A program made the position numbers and the translations under genes. From a virus: DNA of 64,000 nt. Of this stretch, positions 9,491-18,485 are shown in pieces; position 1 is the first letter of the stretch, and each line of letters begins with the position of its first letter. The notes beneath the pieces are model-generated. The model worked only from the letters and a program-made list of their open reading frames with translations. It ran no database searches and was not told the DNA's origin. The stretch is taken from positions 52,116-116,115 of IMG/VR virus record IMGVR_UViG_3300044732_000442; one strand, 5' to 3'.

Positions 9491-10417
9491 ATGTCGGTAA
9501 CATTAAACGGTGGTGTAACATTTGGCGGAGGGTTAACTCTTACTGCCGGACCAGCCGGTAATAAAGCTATATTTGGATACGGGTACATTTCAGCAGTAGG
9601 AGAGACTGCAATAACCAATCTAGTAAGTAATACAGGCGTTGTAGCAACTGATACAGCTGGAGTAGGTACTACCAGAACTAACCTAGCGGCGGCTGGGTAT
9701 GGTACTGATAAAGCCTTATTTGGTTATGGAGAAGGAAATGGTACTTATTTATCAATAACTAACAAAGTAAGTAATACAGGTGTGGTGGCTAATGATACTG
9801 CAGGTGTTGGTACTGGTAGAACTGGAATTGCAGCCGCAGGTTACGGGACTGATAAAGCTATATTTGGATATGGCTACGCCTCTGGCGGCAGAACAGCAAT
9901 AACTAACAAAGTATCAAACACCGGAGTAGTTGCTACTGATACGACAGGTGTAGGTACTATTAGAAATGGACTAGCGGCCGCAGGCTATGGAACCGATAAA
10001 GCTATATTTGGATATGGGCAAAATTATCCCACTTATTATTCGTTAACCAATCTAGTAAGTAATACAGGTGTAGTAGCAACTGATACAACTGGTGTTGGAA
10101 CTATTAGAAGTGAGCTAGCGGCAGCAGGTTATGGTACGGATAAGGCTATATTTGGATATGGATATGCTTCCGACAATTCAAGTGTATCAATGACCAACCT
10201 AGTATCAAACACAGGAGTAGTAGCAACAGATACGACTGGTGTTGGTACTGCTAGGTTTTATCTAGCTGCCGCTGTTTACGGCACTGATAAAGCTATATTT
10301 GGATATGGAGTAACAACAGCAGTAACTAATTTAGTATCAAATACAGGTGTGGTTGCTACAAATACTACTGGTGTTGGTACAGCAAGATATTCACTTGCGG
10401 CGGCCGCCTACGGTTAA
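9491..10417 (+). CDS. Repeat protein, 6 x ~47-aa units
   Basis: Same repeat unit. Confidence 0.7.
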   Translation: MSVTLNGGVTFGGGLTLTAGPAGNKAIFGYGYISAVGETAITNLVSNTGVVATDTAGVGTTRTNLAAAGYGTDKALFGYGEGNGTYLSITNKVSNTGVVANDTAGVGTGRTGIAAAGYGTDKAIFGYGYASGGRTAITNKVSNTGVVATDTTGVGTIRNGLAAAGYGTDKAIFGYGQNYPTYYSLTNLVSNTGVVATDTTGVGTIRSELAAAGYGTDKAIFGYGYASDNSSVSMTNLVSNTGVVATDTTGVGTARFYLAAAVYGTDKAIFGYGVTTAVTNLVSNTGVVATNTTGVGTARYSLAAAAYG

Positions 10418-10437
10418 ACAATAATTAACCATAATCA

Positions 10438-10466
10438 TTGCAATACAAATCATTATATGCTATAAT
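10438..10466 (+). promoter_or_regulatory. sigma70-type promoter for tilS
   Basis: TTGCAA-17-TATAAT with extended TG. Confidence 0.6.
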
Positions 10467-10472
10467 GCATAA

Positions 10473-11069
10473 ATGATTAAGCTAACAGTTCCATTACCCA
10501 AAAGTATCATAATCGCATGTAGCGGTGGTGTAGATAGCATGGCAGTAGTTGATTTTCTAAGCCGCAAACATGATATCACTATCGCCCATTTTAATCACAG
10601 AACACAAAACGGTGAAAAAGCCTCTAAGTTTGTTTCCAAATATTGTAGTGATAATAATATTCCTATGCTATATGGAACACCACGTAGTCAAAAAAATAGC
10701 AAAGAAAGCCAAGAAGAATACTGGCGTAGAGAACGCTATGATTTTTTAAGTGAACTTGGTCCAGTAATCACCTGTCATCATTTAGATGATTGTGTTGAAA
10801 CATATATCTGGTCAAGCTTACATGGCACACCCAAAGTTATCCCACTAACACGTAACAATGTTATTAGACCATTTCTAACTACTAGAAAACAAGATTTAAT
10901 ATATTGGTGCGAAAGTCATAATGTACCCTGGATTGAAGACGAATCCAATAAGAATTCCAGATATACCCGTAACTACATTCGCAATGAACTAATGCCACAT
11001 GCATTACATGTAAATCCCGGATTACCTAAATTGGTAAAAAAGATTGTAGAAGGTAAACAAAATACTTGA
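10473..11069 (+). CDS. tilS: tRNA(Ile)-lysidine synthetase, PP-loop domain only
   Basis: SGGVDS, HFNH, RRERY, HHLDDCVET, RPFL and EDESN..YTRNYIR motifs. Confidence 0.85.
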   Translation: MIKLTVPLPKSIIIACSGGVDSMAVVDFLSRKHDITIAHFNHRTQNGEKASKFVSKYCSDNNIPMLYGTPRSQKNSKESQEEYWRRERYDFLSELGPVITCHHLDDCVETYIWSSLHGTPKVIPLTRNNVIRPFLTTRKQDLIYWCESHNVPWIEDESNKNSRYTRNYIRNELMPHALHVNPGLPKLVKKIVEGKQNT

Positions 11070-11094
11070 CTTCTCTACACAAACCAAGTATACT
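11066..11094 (+). promoter_or_regulatory. sigma70-type promoter for the replication genes
   Basis: TTGACT-17-TATACT. Confidence 0.6.
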
Positions 11095-11117
11095 AACTAA
11101 TTATTTAAGGAGAAACT

Positions 11118-11384
11118 ATGTCGGATTATAATAGAACGTTTAATGGTGAAGCAAAGATTAAACTAACACAATTAATCAATGAAGGGATGCATGTCCTACA
11201 TGAAATTGATACATTGAATGGTGGATTAAACGACACTATTAAAGCGGTTGCTGAGGAGCTGGAAATCAAAGCTAGTACATTGAAGAAAGCCGTGCGTATT
11301 GCACACAAAGCAAGTCTCGGTCAGACTAACAAAGACCATGATGAACTCAACACAATCCTAGAAACTGTGGGAAAAACGCTTTGA
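11118..11384 (+). CDS. T4 DsbA-like small dsDNA-binding protein
   Basis: 88-aa helical protein (IKAVAEELEIKASTLKKAVRIAHK) immediately before the DNA polymerase gene. Confidence 0.55.
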   Translation: MSDYNRTFNGEAKIKLTQLINEGMHVLHEIDTLNGGLNDTIKAVAEELEIKASTLKKAVRIAHKASLGQTNKDHDELNTILETVGKTL

Positions 11385-14098
11385 GTTATGTGGATGCTAT
11401 TCATAGTAGGGATGAGGATCGTATCTATGTAGTAGAACGATCTCCTGAGGGTAAACGATTGTATAAAGAATACCCTACTAACTATGTATTGTATTATCCT
11501 GATAATAAAGGTAAACATCGTAGTATCTATGGCGATCCAGTCAGTCGTTTCAGTACTCGCAAACGACAAGAGTTTGAAAAAGAAAGACGCATACACTCAA
11601 ATAAAAAACTATTTGAGAGTGATGTGCCAGTAGTCTTCCGTTGTCTAAGTGAAAACTATCTTGGCATTGATGCACCTAAACTTCATACATGTTTCTTTGA
11701 CATTGAGGTGGACTTTGATCCTGAAAAGGGATTCAGTCCTACAAGTGATCCATTCAATCCTGTTACAGCTATCAGTTGTTACTTAGATTGGCTAGATCAA
11801 TGTATTACATTAGTGATTGCTCCTAAACATATGTCTAGTGAAACAGCACAAGAAATCACTAATGAGTTTGAGAATACAATGCTATTCACAAACGAAAAAG
11901 AAATGTTTGATGTGTTCTTCCAACTCATTGAAGATGCAGATGTATTAACTGGTTGGAACTCAGAGGGCTATGATATACCCTATATGGTCAATCGTGTTAC
12001 TAGAGTAATGAGTAAAGATGACACACGCAAGTTCTGCTTGATGGGTCAACTACCTAAAGCTAGAGAATACGAACGATTTGGTAAGAGTGAAACAACTTAT
12101 GACTTAGTAGGTCGTATTCACTTAGACTATCTACAACTATACAAAAAGTATAACTATGAATCACGCCATAGTTATAAACTTGATAGTATCGGTGAGATGG
12201 AAGTCGGGGAGAACAAAACACAATATGAAGGTACTCTTGACCAATTGTATAACAAAGACTTTAAAAAGTTCATTGAATATAACAGACAAGATACAATGTT
12301 GTTAGTGAAGATTCACAACAAACTTAAGTTTTTAGAATTAGCTAATCAACTTGCACACGAAAACACAGTACTGCTTCCAACAGTTATGGGTTCAGTAGCA
12401 ATGATTGAGATGGCAATTTTTAATGAAGCACACGAACGTGGCTTAGTGGTTCCAGATAAAAAACGAAAGGTTGAAAATGAAGAAGATGTCCAGCAGGCAG
12501 CAGGTGCCTTTGTTGCTACGCCGAAAAGAGGTATGCATGAATATGTCGGAGCAGTTGACATTAACTCACTCTATCCCTCGGTTATTCGTGCCCTCAACAT
12601 GGCAGGTGAAACCATCGTTGCTCAAGTCAGACAAACAATCACTGACAAATACATGCTTGACAAAGGTGTGCGATTAGCAAGTGAAAAGAAACGTCACAAA
12701 GAAGGTGATGATGCAGTTACAGGATCTATCTTATGGGAGAACCTGTTTGGTGCATTAGAATATACTGCTATTATGAACCAAGAACGTGGTACTATTCTTA
12801 CAGTTGATTTTGAAGATGGTCGTAGTGTAGAAATGTCAGCGGCAGAAATCTGGAAGATGGTCTTTGACAGTCATAAGCCCTGGATGTTAAGTGCTAACGG
12901 TACTATCTTTACTTATGAAAAAGAAGGTGTCGTACCCGGTCTACTAACTCGTTGGTATACAGAACGTAAAGCTATCCAGAAACAAGCTAAAGAAGCATAT
13001 GGTACTGATATGTTTGATTATTATGACAAGCGACAACTTGTTCGTAAGATTTTACTTAACTCAGCATACGGTGCATTGTTAAACGAACATTGCAGATTCT
13101 ATGACAAACGTATCGGTCAAAGTGTTACACTATCTGGAAGACAAATCGTTAAACATATGATGAGTACTATCAATGAAACAGTTGAAGGTATCTATTCACA
13201 TGAAGGTAATGCTATTGTGTATGGTGATACTGACAGTTGTTACTTCACTGCTTATCCAACATTAAAGCCGCAGATTGAATCTGGTCTATTAGATTGGAAT
13301 AAAGAAACTTGTATTGGTTTGTATGATGGTATCGCTGAACAAGCAAATGAAAGTTTCCCAGCATTCATGGAACGTGCCTTTCATGCTCCAAGAAAGAACG
13401 GAGCTATCATTAAAGCTGGTCGTGAACTAATCGGTGATCGGGCGATCTTTATTGTTAAGAAGCGTTATGCTATTAACATCTTTGATAAAGAGGGTAAGCG
13501 CAAAGATAGTGACGGACAACTAGGCGATATCAAAGCTATGGGTCTTGACTTGAAACGTGCTGATACACCTAAGTATGTACAAGAGTTTTTAATGAATGTA
13601 CTACAAATGGTTCTTCAACAAGGTAAAGGTCGTGATGAAGTTATTGAAGCAGTAAAAGACTTCAAGCGGATATTAACTGCACAAGATAGTTGGACAAAAG
13701 GTTCTCCTAAAGGTGTAAACAAACTTACGATGTACGGTGACTTAGAAGCTAAGAGTAGTACGGGCAGAGCTAACATGCCGGGGCATGTACGTGCGGCATT
13801 GAACTACAACTATTTGCGTAGAGTAAACGGTGACCAGTATAGTCAAAAGATTATTGATGGTATGAAGGTTGTAGTATGTAAACTTAAACCCAATCCATTA
13901 GGGTTTACAAGTGTAGCATATCCTGTTGATGAATTACGACTACCCAAATGGTTTACAGAATTGCCATTTGATGATTCGGCAATGGAACAAACGTTAGTAG
14001 ATGAGAAGATTGATAACTTATTGGGTGTATTAGATTGGGATATTCGTAGCAATACAGATACTAACAGTACATTTGATGACTTATTCAGTTTCGGTTAA
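11381..14098 (+). CDS. Family B DNA polymerase (T4 gp43-like)
   Basis: Exo motifs FDIEV, GWNSEGYDIPY, YNRQD; polymerase motifs DINSLYPS, KILLNSAYG, YGDTDS. Confidence 0.97.
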   Translation: MSYVDAIHSRDEDRIYVVERSPEGKRLYKEYPTNYVLYYPDNKGKHRSIYGDPVSRFSTRKRQEFEKERRIHSNKKLFESDVPVVFRCLSENYLGIDAPKLHTCFFDIEVDFDPEKGFSPTSDPFNPVTAISCYLDWLDQCITLVIAPKHMSSETAQEITNEFENTMLFTNEKEMFDVFFQLIEDADVLTGWNSEGYDIPYMVNRVTRVMSKDDTRKFCLMGQLPKAREYERFGKSETTYDLVGRIHLDYLQLYKKYNYESRHSYKLDSIGEMEVGENKTQYEGTLDQLYNKDFKKFIEYNRQDTMLLVKIHNKLKFLELANQLAHENTVLLPTVMGSVAMIEMAIFNEAHERGLVVPDKKRKVENEEDVQQAAGAFVATPKRGMHEYVGAVDINSLYPSVIRALNMAGETIVAQVRQTITDKYMLDKGVRLASEKKRHKEGDDAVTGSILWENLFGALEYTAIMNQERGTILTVDFEDGRSVEMSAAEIWKMVFDSHKPWMLSANGTIFTYEKEGVVPGLLTRWYTERKAIQKQAKEAYGTDMFDYYDKRQLVRKILLNSAYGALLNEHCRFYDKRIGQSVTLSGRQIVKHMMSTINETVEGIYSHEGNAIVYGDTDSCYFTAYPTLKPQIESGLLDWNKETCIGLYDGIAEQANESFPAFMERAFHAPRKNGAIIKAGRELIGDRAIFIVKKRYAINIFDKEGKRKDSDGQLGDIKAMGLDLKRADTPKYVQEFLMNVLQMVLQQGKGRDEVIEAVKDFKRILTAQDSWTKGSPKGVNKLTMYGDLEAKSSTGRANMPGHVRAALNYNYLRRVNGDQYSQKIIDGMKVVVCKLKPNPLGFTSVAYPVDELRLPKWFTELPFDDSAMEQTLVDEKIDNLLGVLDWDIRSNTDTNSTFDDLFSFG

Positions 14099-14175
14099 AT
14101 TGGTGTTGCAATTCGTAATATATTCCATTATAATACGTATTACAACTACCTAAATAGTTAAAACAAAGGAAAAAC

Positions 14176-14907
14176 ATGAAAGATAATTTACAAGATTTAA
14201 TTCAACACACACATGGCTTAGGCTGTATTGATTTGATTAAGGTCAGTGGAACTGACACAGAGACAACTGTAAACGCAGTAGCAGAAGATAAGAGTGTTAT
14301 TGTTAGTGGTGTGCTTAAACATCCTAGCGCAGAGTTTATTGGTGTGTTTGGTATGCCTAACTTAGGTAAACTAAAAACAATTCTAGGCTTTGATGACTAT
14401 GATGAACATAGTAAAATCAATGTTACACGTGTAAACAAAGACGGTGTAAGTGTGCCAGAGTACATTCACTTTGAAACAAAAGCAGGTGATTTCGTTAACG
14501 ATTATCGTTTGATGAGTAAAGCTATTGCTGATGAGAAAGTTAAAACCGTAATGTTCAAAGGCACTACGTGGGGTGTTGAGTTTGAACCTACTATTGCTGG
14601 CATTCAACGACTAAAGCGTCAAGCAAGTGCTAATAGTGAAGAAAAGAATTTTACTACTAAAACGGAAAACGGTAACTTAATGGTTTACTTTGGTGACCCA
14701 TCAACACATTCAGGTAACTTTGTGTTTCATCCCGGTGTTACTGGTACATTGAATAAAGCATGGATGTGGCCTGTTAAAGAGTTCTTAAGCATCATGGATC
14801 TTCCCGGCGATAAAATTATTCGTATCGGTGACGCAGGTGCAACAGAGATTGTAGTTGACAGTGGTCTAGCAGTTTATCGTTATTTACTCCCAGCACAAGC
14901 AAAATGA
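14176..14907 (+). CDS. Probable DNA sliding clamp (gp45-like)
   Basis: 243-aa beta-rich protein directly after the polymerase; C-terminal YRYLLPA. Confidence 0.6.
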   Translation: MKDNLQDLIQHTHGLGCIDLIKVSGTDTETTVNAVAEDKSVIVSGVLKHPSAEFIGVFGMPNLGKLKTILGFDDYDEHSKINVTRVNKDGVSVPEYIHFETKAGDFVNDYRLMSKAIADEKVKTVMFKGTTWGVEFEPTIAGIQRLKRQASANSEEKNFTTKTENGNLMVYFGDPSTHSGNFVFHPGVTGTLNKAWMWPVKEFLSIMDLPGDKIIRIGDAGATEIVVDSGLAVYRYLLPAQAK

Positions 14908-15272
14908 TTAAGAGCATTCACTCTAGTAGTCCATTCTTAACTGTATCAGGTGGTAATCCAGGTTCTACTTATATTGGTAATTTTAATGGTACTGGTGTGG
15001 GTAATATGCGATATAACCCTAACAGTCAGAACACAGAAGTATATGATGGTAGTACTTGGATTATTCTCTCGGCACATCACGCTACTATAAACTTAAGTGA
15101 TGAAGCAGTTGGTTTGTTACAGTGGGCACGACAAAAGCGTGATGAGGAACTTGAGATAGAAAAATTAGTACTAACTAATTCAACTATCAAAGACCTCGTT
15201 ATGCAAATTAAAGACAAACAAGAACAAATTAAAGTAGTTCAAACATTGATAAAAGAAGAAGTAAAAGTTTAA
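14904..15272 (+). CDS. Hypothetical protein
   Basis: ORF overlapping its neighbours; C-terminal coiled coil. Confidence 0.6.
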   Translation: MIKSIHSSSPFLTVSGGNPGSTYIGNFNGTGVGNMRYNPNSQNTEVYDGSTWIILSAHHATINLSDEAVGLLQWARQKRDEELEIEKLVLTNSTIKDLVMQIKDKQEQIKVVQTLIKEEVKV

Positions 15273-16846
15273 TGGAACAAGATAATCTATCACAAAAACA
15301 AAACCCAGATTGGGCATTGTTCTTACCCGCAGTCAGTAGTTTTTATATCTCTGGCTTGGGTAAACAACGTAAAGGTGAAGAGTACTTTGATCCTGCACGT
15401 ATCCCTGCTCAATTCAACGGTGATGTAGAGAAACTAAACTTTCTTAATAGTAAAGAAGGTCTCTATTATTACAAATGGGGCTTGTACAGTGCTGGTCATG
15501 CTAACTTAGATACTACTAAAGACGATCCTAGTGAATCAATCATTAGAGAACGTGAAGAAGGTACATTTATGTTAGGTGACTCTGGTGGATTTCAAATTCT
15601 TAAAGGTCAATGGCCAGCTGATTGGAAAGATCCTAATTGCCCTAAAGCTATGATTAAGCGTAAAGCAGTATTGAACTGGATGGACACGTACATGGACTAT
15701 GGCATGGTCCTTGATATTCCTTCACAATCAATAACTACTTTTAATATGAAGGATAAGAATGGTGTAAGTCTTCATGGTATCAGTACTATCCAAGAAGCAA
15801 TTACTGCTACCCATATTAACAATGAATACTTTATCAACAATCGTTCGGGCAAATGTAAGTTCTTAAATGTATTACAAGGTCGTACACATACCCAGTCAGA
15901 TGAGTGGTACGATGAAATGAAGAAGTATTGTGATCCAAAACAATACCCAGACAATCACTTTAATGGTTGGGCTTTCGGTGGACAGAATAAGATTGATGTA
16001 CACTTGATGTTAACAAGAATGATTGATATTATCCATGATGGGTTATTAGTAGAAGGTAAGCATGATTTAATTCACTGTTTGGGTACAAGTATTTTAGAAT
16101 ATGCTGTATTGTTTACTGATATTCAACGTGCTATTCGCAAGTATCACAACCCTAAACTTAAAATTACATTTGATTGTGCAAGCCCATTCTATAGTGCGGC
16201 TAAGGGTTTAGCATATTTCAATACTAATATTGAGCATAACAAGAAATGGTCATACAGTATGGAAAAGACTGCTGAAAAGAAAAGTTATGCTAATGACACC
16301 CGTAAATATAGGGATGCTGTATTAGCTGAAGGAATCCATAAACTCTTTACAGATAGTCCAGTAACTGATAAACTAGTGCTTAAGGACTTGTGTTATCGTG
16401 GTCAAGGGTTCTTAGGACAACATGGTAAAGAAACTAAGACCAGTTGGGATACATTAAGTTATACATTGCTTCAAAGTCATAATGTATGGATGCACATGAA
16501 TGCCGTACAAGAGGCTAACCGTCAATATGATATAGGTATTGTACCTAAGATGTTGATGAATGAACAATTTGAACGTGTATTGTTTAAAGATGTTATTGAC
16601 GAAATTTTCAGTAAGAAAACTAAACAGGAAGCAATTGATTTAATTGATGCTAACAGTAGATTATGGATGCAGTTTCAATCAGGTAGTCAGGGTATTAGTG
16701 GTAAACGAACAGTTAATGCATTGAGTAAGTTTGAAGAACTATTTGAAGTTCAGAATGAAATAGAGTTTGAAGAAGTAATAGAAGATAGTGATGATGCTAT
16801 GAATGAAGTATTACATGAAAAGGTAGATTTAGATGATGACAATTAA
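15272..16846 (+). CDS. dpdA: DpdA-like DNA 7-deazaguanine transglycosylase (TGT fold)
   Basis: TGT motifs GDSGGFQ, VLDIP, NVLQG, GWAFGG, HCLG, TFDCASP; linked to folE/queD/queE. Confidence 0.8.
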   Translation: MEQDNLSQKQNPDWALFLPAVSSFYISGLGKQRKGEEYFDPARIPAQFNGDVEKLNFLNSKEGLYYYKWGLYSAGHANLDTTKDDPSESIIREREEGTFMLGDSGGFQILKGQWPADWKDPNCPKAMIKRKAVLNWMDTYMDYGMVLDIPSQSITTFNMKDKNGVSLHGISTIQEAITATHINNEYFINNRSGKCKFLNVLQGRTHTQSDEWYDEMKKYCDPKQYPDNHFNGWAFGGQNKIDVHLMLTRMIDIIHDGLLVEGKHDLIHCLGTSILEYAVLFTDIQRAIRKYHNPKLKITFDCASPFYSAAKGLAYFNTNIEHNKKWSYSMEKTAEKKSYANDTRKYRDAVLAEGIHKLFTDSPVTDKLVLKDLCYRGQGFLGQHGKETKTSWDTLSYTLLQSHNVWMHMNAVQEANRQYDIGIVPKMLMNEQFERVLFKDVIDEIFSKKTKQEAIDLIDANSRLWMQFQSGSQGISGKRTVNALSKFEELFEVQNEIEFEEVIEDSDDAMNEVLHEKVDLDDDN

Positions 16847-17060
16847 TCCATCACTTACACTGAAGTCAACAATGACCGGTGATACTCAGGAATCTGTTAT
16901 TACCTTTACCGGTGGTTCAGATGAGATGTTACGTATAGCAAAAGACGGGTTTTATATACGTGGTAAACGGGTACCTCAAGATGACAAAGAAGCTGAAGTA
17001 GTGTATAATACATTTCATCAGTGGTTAACATGGGCAACACTTAATAGGGATTATAAATGA
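16833..17060 (+). CDS. Hypothetical protein
   Basis: ORF coupled to its neighbours. Confidence 0.55.
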   Translation: MMTINPSLTLKSTMTGDTQESVITFTGGSDEMLRIAKDGFYIRGKRVPQDDKEAEVVYNTFHQWLTWATLNRDYK

Positions 17061-17512
17061 TAGAACAACATGAACATGCAATGCACGAAAAACGTGTACG
17101 TATTAAACAACATGCATTACGTACAATCTTTGTACGTTTTCAAAAAGAAGGTATTCATAAATACCCAGCGGCAGCAACAGATCCAGCACTTGCTACAGGT
17201 GATGAGTATGATGTTAGCTTTTTAGGATCTCCACATAGACACATCTTTCATTTTGAAGTGTCTATTGAAGTATTTCACAACGACCGTGATATTGAGTTTA
17301 TTCAGTTTAAAAGATGGTTAGAGAAACAATATTCTCAAGGCATACTAGAATTGAATTACAAAAGTTGTGAAATGATTAGTGATGACCTCTATGATGTTAT
17401 TGCAACTCGGTATCCAGATCGTAATATCGCTATTCAAGTATCGGAAGATAATGAGAATGGTGCTACTATTGTCTATAACACAAACAAACCTTATCAACAA
17501 CTAGCTATTTAA
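17057..17512 (+). CDS. dpdL: QueD-paralog T-fold protein, DpdL-like putative CDG decarboxylase
   Basis: LGSPHRHIF (LxxxHRHxF in place of the QueD CxxxHGH), SCEM and VSEDNENGA motifs. Confidence 0.65.
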   Translation: MIEQHEHAMHEKRVRIKQHALRTIFVRFQKEGIHKYPAAATDPALATGDEYDVSFLGSPHRHIFHFEVSIEVFHNDRDIEFIQFKRWLEKQYSQGILELNYKSCEMISDDLYDVIATRYPDRNIAIQVSEDNENGATIVYNTNKPYQQLAI

Positions 17513-17523
17513 AGGAATATAAA

Positions 17524-17727
17524 ATGGCAAAACAACAACAATCTAACCCACGTGTTCAACAAATCTTTGAGGACCTAGAAAACTATCTAATGTTCTGTCA
17601 GGACTATGGATACAAGTTTGATGAATCAACTCTATACGATATGCGTAGCTTTGCATATCGTCAGTTTACTAAGGCAGTAACTGGCAAGTGGGCTAAAGAT
17701 CAGTGGCAGGAAGACGCACGTCCATGA
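17524..17727 (+). CDS. Hypothetical protein
   Basis: AAGGA SD; ORF within the cluster. Confidence 0.6.
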   Translation: MAKQQQSNPRVQQIFEDLENYLMFCQDYGYKFDESTLYDMRSFAYRQFTKAVTGKWAKDQWQEDARP

Positions 17728-18485
17728 ACGTTGTGTTAGTCACTGGTGGTTTTGATCCGCTACATAGTGGTCATATTGAATATTTCAAGGCTGCTAAGGC
17801 ATTAGGATTTTTACTAATAGTAGGAATCAATAGTGACGCATGGTTGACCCGTAAAAAAGGACAACCTTTTATGCCTGTACAGGAAAGAAAAGCTATCATT
17901 GAGAATCTATACCAAGTACATAAGGTAATAGAATTTGATGATAGTGACGATACTGCTATTGATGCTATTCGTAAAGTCAAAGAGATGCACCCACAAGCAA
18001 AGATAATATTTGCTAATGGGGGAGATAGAACTAAAGATAACATTCCCGAAATGGTTTTTCATGATGTTGAATTTGTTTTTGGAGTAGGTGGTGAAAACAA
18101 ACTAAACAGTAGTAGTTGGATACTAGATGAATGGAAACATCCAAAAACATTGCGTGAGTGGGGGTATTATCGTATACTACATGATGTAGATGGTTGTAAA
18201 GTTAAAGAATTAACTGTAGAGCCAGATAAAAGTTTAAGTATGCAACGACATTTTAAACGAAGTGAATACTGGTTAGTAACTGACGGTTCTTGCATTGTTT
18301 ATAGACAAATGAATGGCGGGTATGCATTACCTCCCATGCAGTTAAGTAAACATCAAGAGTTTAAGATACCAGCTGATTCCTGGCATCAACTATCTAATCC
18401 TTTTGATGAACCATGTAGTATTATAGAAATTCAATATGGTGAAAAATGTATTGAAGAAGATATTGAAAGAAAAACAAATGCGTAA
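17724..18485 (+). CDS. Cytidylyltransferase (RfaE/TagD-like) fused to a mannose-6-P isomerase-type cupin
   Basis: TGGFDPLHSGH and FANGGDR; C-terminal REWGYY...LSMQRHFKRSEYW...WHQLSNP...IEIQYG. Confidence 0.85.
   Translation: MNVVLVTGGFDPLHSGHIEYFKAAKALGFLLIVGINSDAWLTRKKGQPFMPVQERKAIIENLYQVHKVIEFDDSDDTAIDAIRKVKEMHPQAKIIFANGGDRTKDNIPEMVFHDVEFVFGVGGENKLNSSSWILDEWKHPKTLREWGYYRILHDVDGCKVKELTVEPDKSLSMQRHFKRSEYWLVTDGSCIVYRQMNGGYALPPMQLSKHQEFKIPADSWHQLSNPFDEPCSIIEIQYGEKCIEEDIERKTNA

Larger units (their letters stand above)
7103..10417 (+). repeat. 19 copies of a ~140-bp coding repeat across four paralogous genes
   Basis: Recurrent DNA such as GATAAAGCTATATTTGGATATGG and CTAGTATCAAACACAGGTGT; 3+4+6+6 units counted from the translations. 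Confidence 0.9.

Noticed and set aside
7103-10417. Diversity-generating retroelement
   Set aside because: No reverse transcriptase or template repeat in the window; variation includes indels and is not visibly adenine-restricted.
10473-11069. PP-loop protein as the missing QueC
   Set aside because: It has TilS-specific motifs (HHxDDxxET, DxSN, RNxIR) and lacks the QueC C-terminal Cys/Zn motif.
11381-14098. Intein or intron in the DNA polymerase
   Set aside because: The ORF is continuous, of normal length, and has no intein splice motifs.
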